From assembly GCA_964525635.1 (NCBI GenBank), contig CAZGJX010000088.1:1-18347 (forward strand): a stretch of 18,347 bases of DNA, in the 5' to 3' direction. The notes beneath the pieces were generated by a model. The model worked only from the letters and a program-made list of their open reading frames with translations. It was not told where the DNA came from and did not search any database. A program made the position numbers and the translations under genes. Numbering within the stretch: position 1 is the first letter of the stretch; every line of letters starts with the position of its first letter. The DNA is from an uncultured archaeon (lineage in GTDB: Archaea; Asgardarchaeota; Lokiarchaeia; Sigyniarchaeales; SOKP01). Below, piece by piece: positions 17,240 to 18,347 of the stretch.

Positions 17240-17764
17240 ATGAATAATAATGAAATAGTAGATTATGTAAAAAAGATAAAAGTTTTTGTTAAAAAATATA
17301 AGAATGATGTTACTATCCCTAATCCGTCAAAACCAGGAGATGCTGGAGCAGATGCTAGAATTATGGGATTTAAAGAAATTATCAAAGAAAATGGAGAGAA
17401 GAAATTAGTGGATGTTAATTCTGATACATATGTATTAAAACCTCTTGAAAGAATAGGATGTCCTCTTGGTTTTGCTACAGCAATACCTGAAGGATTTTAT
17501 TTTAAAGTGGTTCCACGTAGTGGTCTTGCTCTATGGGAGGGGATCACAATATTAAATACTCCCGGAACCATTGATTCAGGATATAGAAATGAATGGATGG
17601 CAATTGTAGGGAATTTATCTAATAAGGATGTTGTTCTAAAGAAAGGAGAGCGAATTTGTCAAATTATCCTCGCTAAAATGTATAATTATGAATTCATAGA
17701 GGTAGAAACTTTACCTAAATCAGATAGAGGATTAGGAGGATTTGGTTCTACTGGTAAGAAGTAA
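17240..17764 (+). CDS. dut: Trimeric dUTP diphosphatase
   Basis: All five motifs present: AGAD, PRSG, GTIDSGYR, ERICQ and RGLGGFGSTG. Confidence 0.96.
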   Translation: MNNNEIVDYVKKIKVFVKKYKNDVTIPNPSKPGDAGADARIMGFKEIIKENGEKKLVDVNSDTYVLKPLERIGCPLGFATAIPEGFYFKVVPRSGLALWEGITILNTPGTIDSGYRNEWMAIVGNLSNKDVVLKKGERICQIILAKMYNYEFIEVETLPKSDRGLGGFGSTGKK

Positions 17765-17885
17765 AAAAAAGAAAAGATAATTTAATAATTATTTATCACT
17801 ATTTTTACACTATCCTATTTATTGAAAGTTTTTGACAACCTGTTTTAGTATAATTCATTAGATAAAATTCAATTTTTTATTTATA

Positions 17886-18257
17886 TCAATAATATGAGAA
17901 AAGAGGCACAAATAACATATATATCACCAAAGCAAAAACTGCTACTCCTGCTGCTTGAAGCAATCCTTTTCTAGGTTGGTCTGCAAGTGTTCTATCCATT
18001 AAAGCACCTAAAAATGCGGACAATGCAAACAATGCAATACCTATATTCAGAGTTATGGTAGATGAAGCTTGCATTTTACTTGCTAATTCAAGATAATCAT
18101 CATATGGCATATCTGAAGGAATAAATGCTATTGAACCAGAAATTATGATCCCTATAACTATCAATATTATACAAATTAGAAAAAGCCATACATATGGCTT
18201 TGCAAAAATAGGTGTTTCGTCTCTTACTCTTGAATCTACGTCAGAAATAAATTTCAC
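17886..18257 (-). CDS. Hypothetical membrane protein with 3 TM helices
   Basis: Three hydrophobic segments in an intact 123-aa ORF. Confidence 0.75.
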   Translation of the reverse strand: MKFISDVDSRVRDETPIFAKPYVWLFLICIILIVIGIIISGSIAFIPSDMPYDDYLELASKMQASSTITLNIGIALFALSAFLGALMDRTLADQPRKGLLQAAGVAVFALVIYMLFVPLFSYY

Positions 18258-18347
18258 CTTATTATATATTGAAAAAATATTTATTTATAGATTATACTGA
18301 TCAAAATAATCTCTACTGACTAAATATTCCTATCATATTATGCTTCC

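Noticed and set aside
1-18347. CRISPR array, DGR repeats, integrase or att duplicate
   Set aside because: No regularly spaced repeats, reverse transcriptase, recombinase motifs or second copy of the tRNA 3' end were seen by eye.

Overview
AT-rich archaeal window. An Asgard/Lokiarchaeia-like origin is inferred from a CCA-less tRNA with a bulge-helix-bulge (BHB) intron, GGTGA-type SD motifs and a membrane protein with a zinc-ribbon tail. An intron-containing tRNA-Ala(GGC) at 8428-8517 (-) splits the window. The left half (1-8427, off the tRNA 3' end) is a decaying accessory island. It holds two PIN-type toxin-antitoxin loci, a nonsense-disrupted XRE regulator, and a frameshifted polymorphic-toxin-like remnant (S26-peptidase-like domain plus HEXXH zincin) followed by a possible immunity gene. 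It also holds a hidden ~560-codon gene that fuses a Zot/FtsK-HerA-like ATPase, an HTH and a PD-(D/E)XK nuclease and is broken by three in-frame stops, plus a candidate structured RNA. The right half is intact core genome: a 1330-aa membrane subtilase whose domain order resembles eukaryotic site-1 protease (MBTPS1), rpiA, purE, a thiolase, an atypical dodecin, an unannotated small TM ORF, a TPR protein, a GNAT-like protein, dut and a membrane protein. All family calls come from motif recognition by eye; no searches were run.
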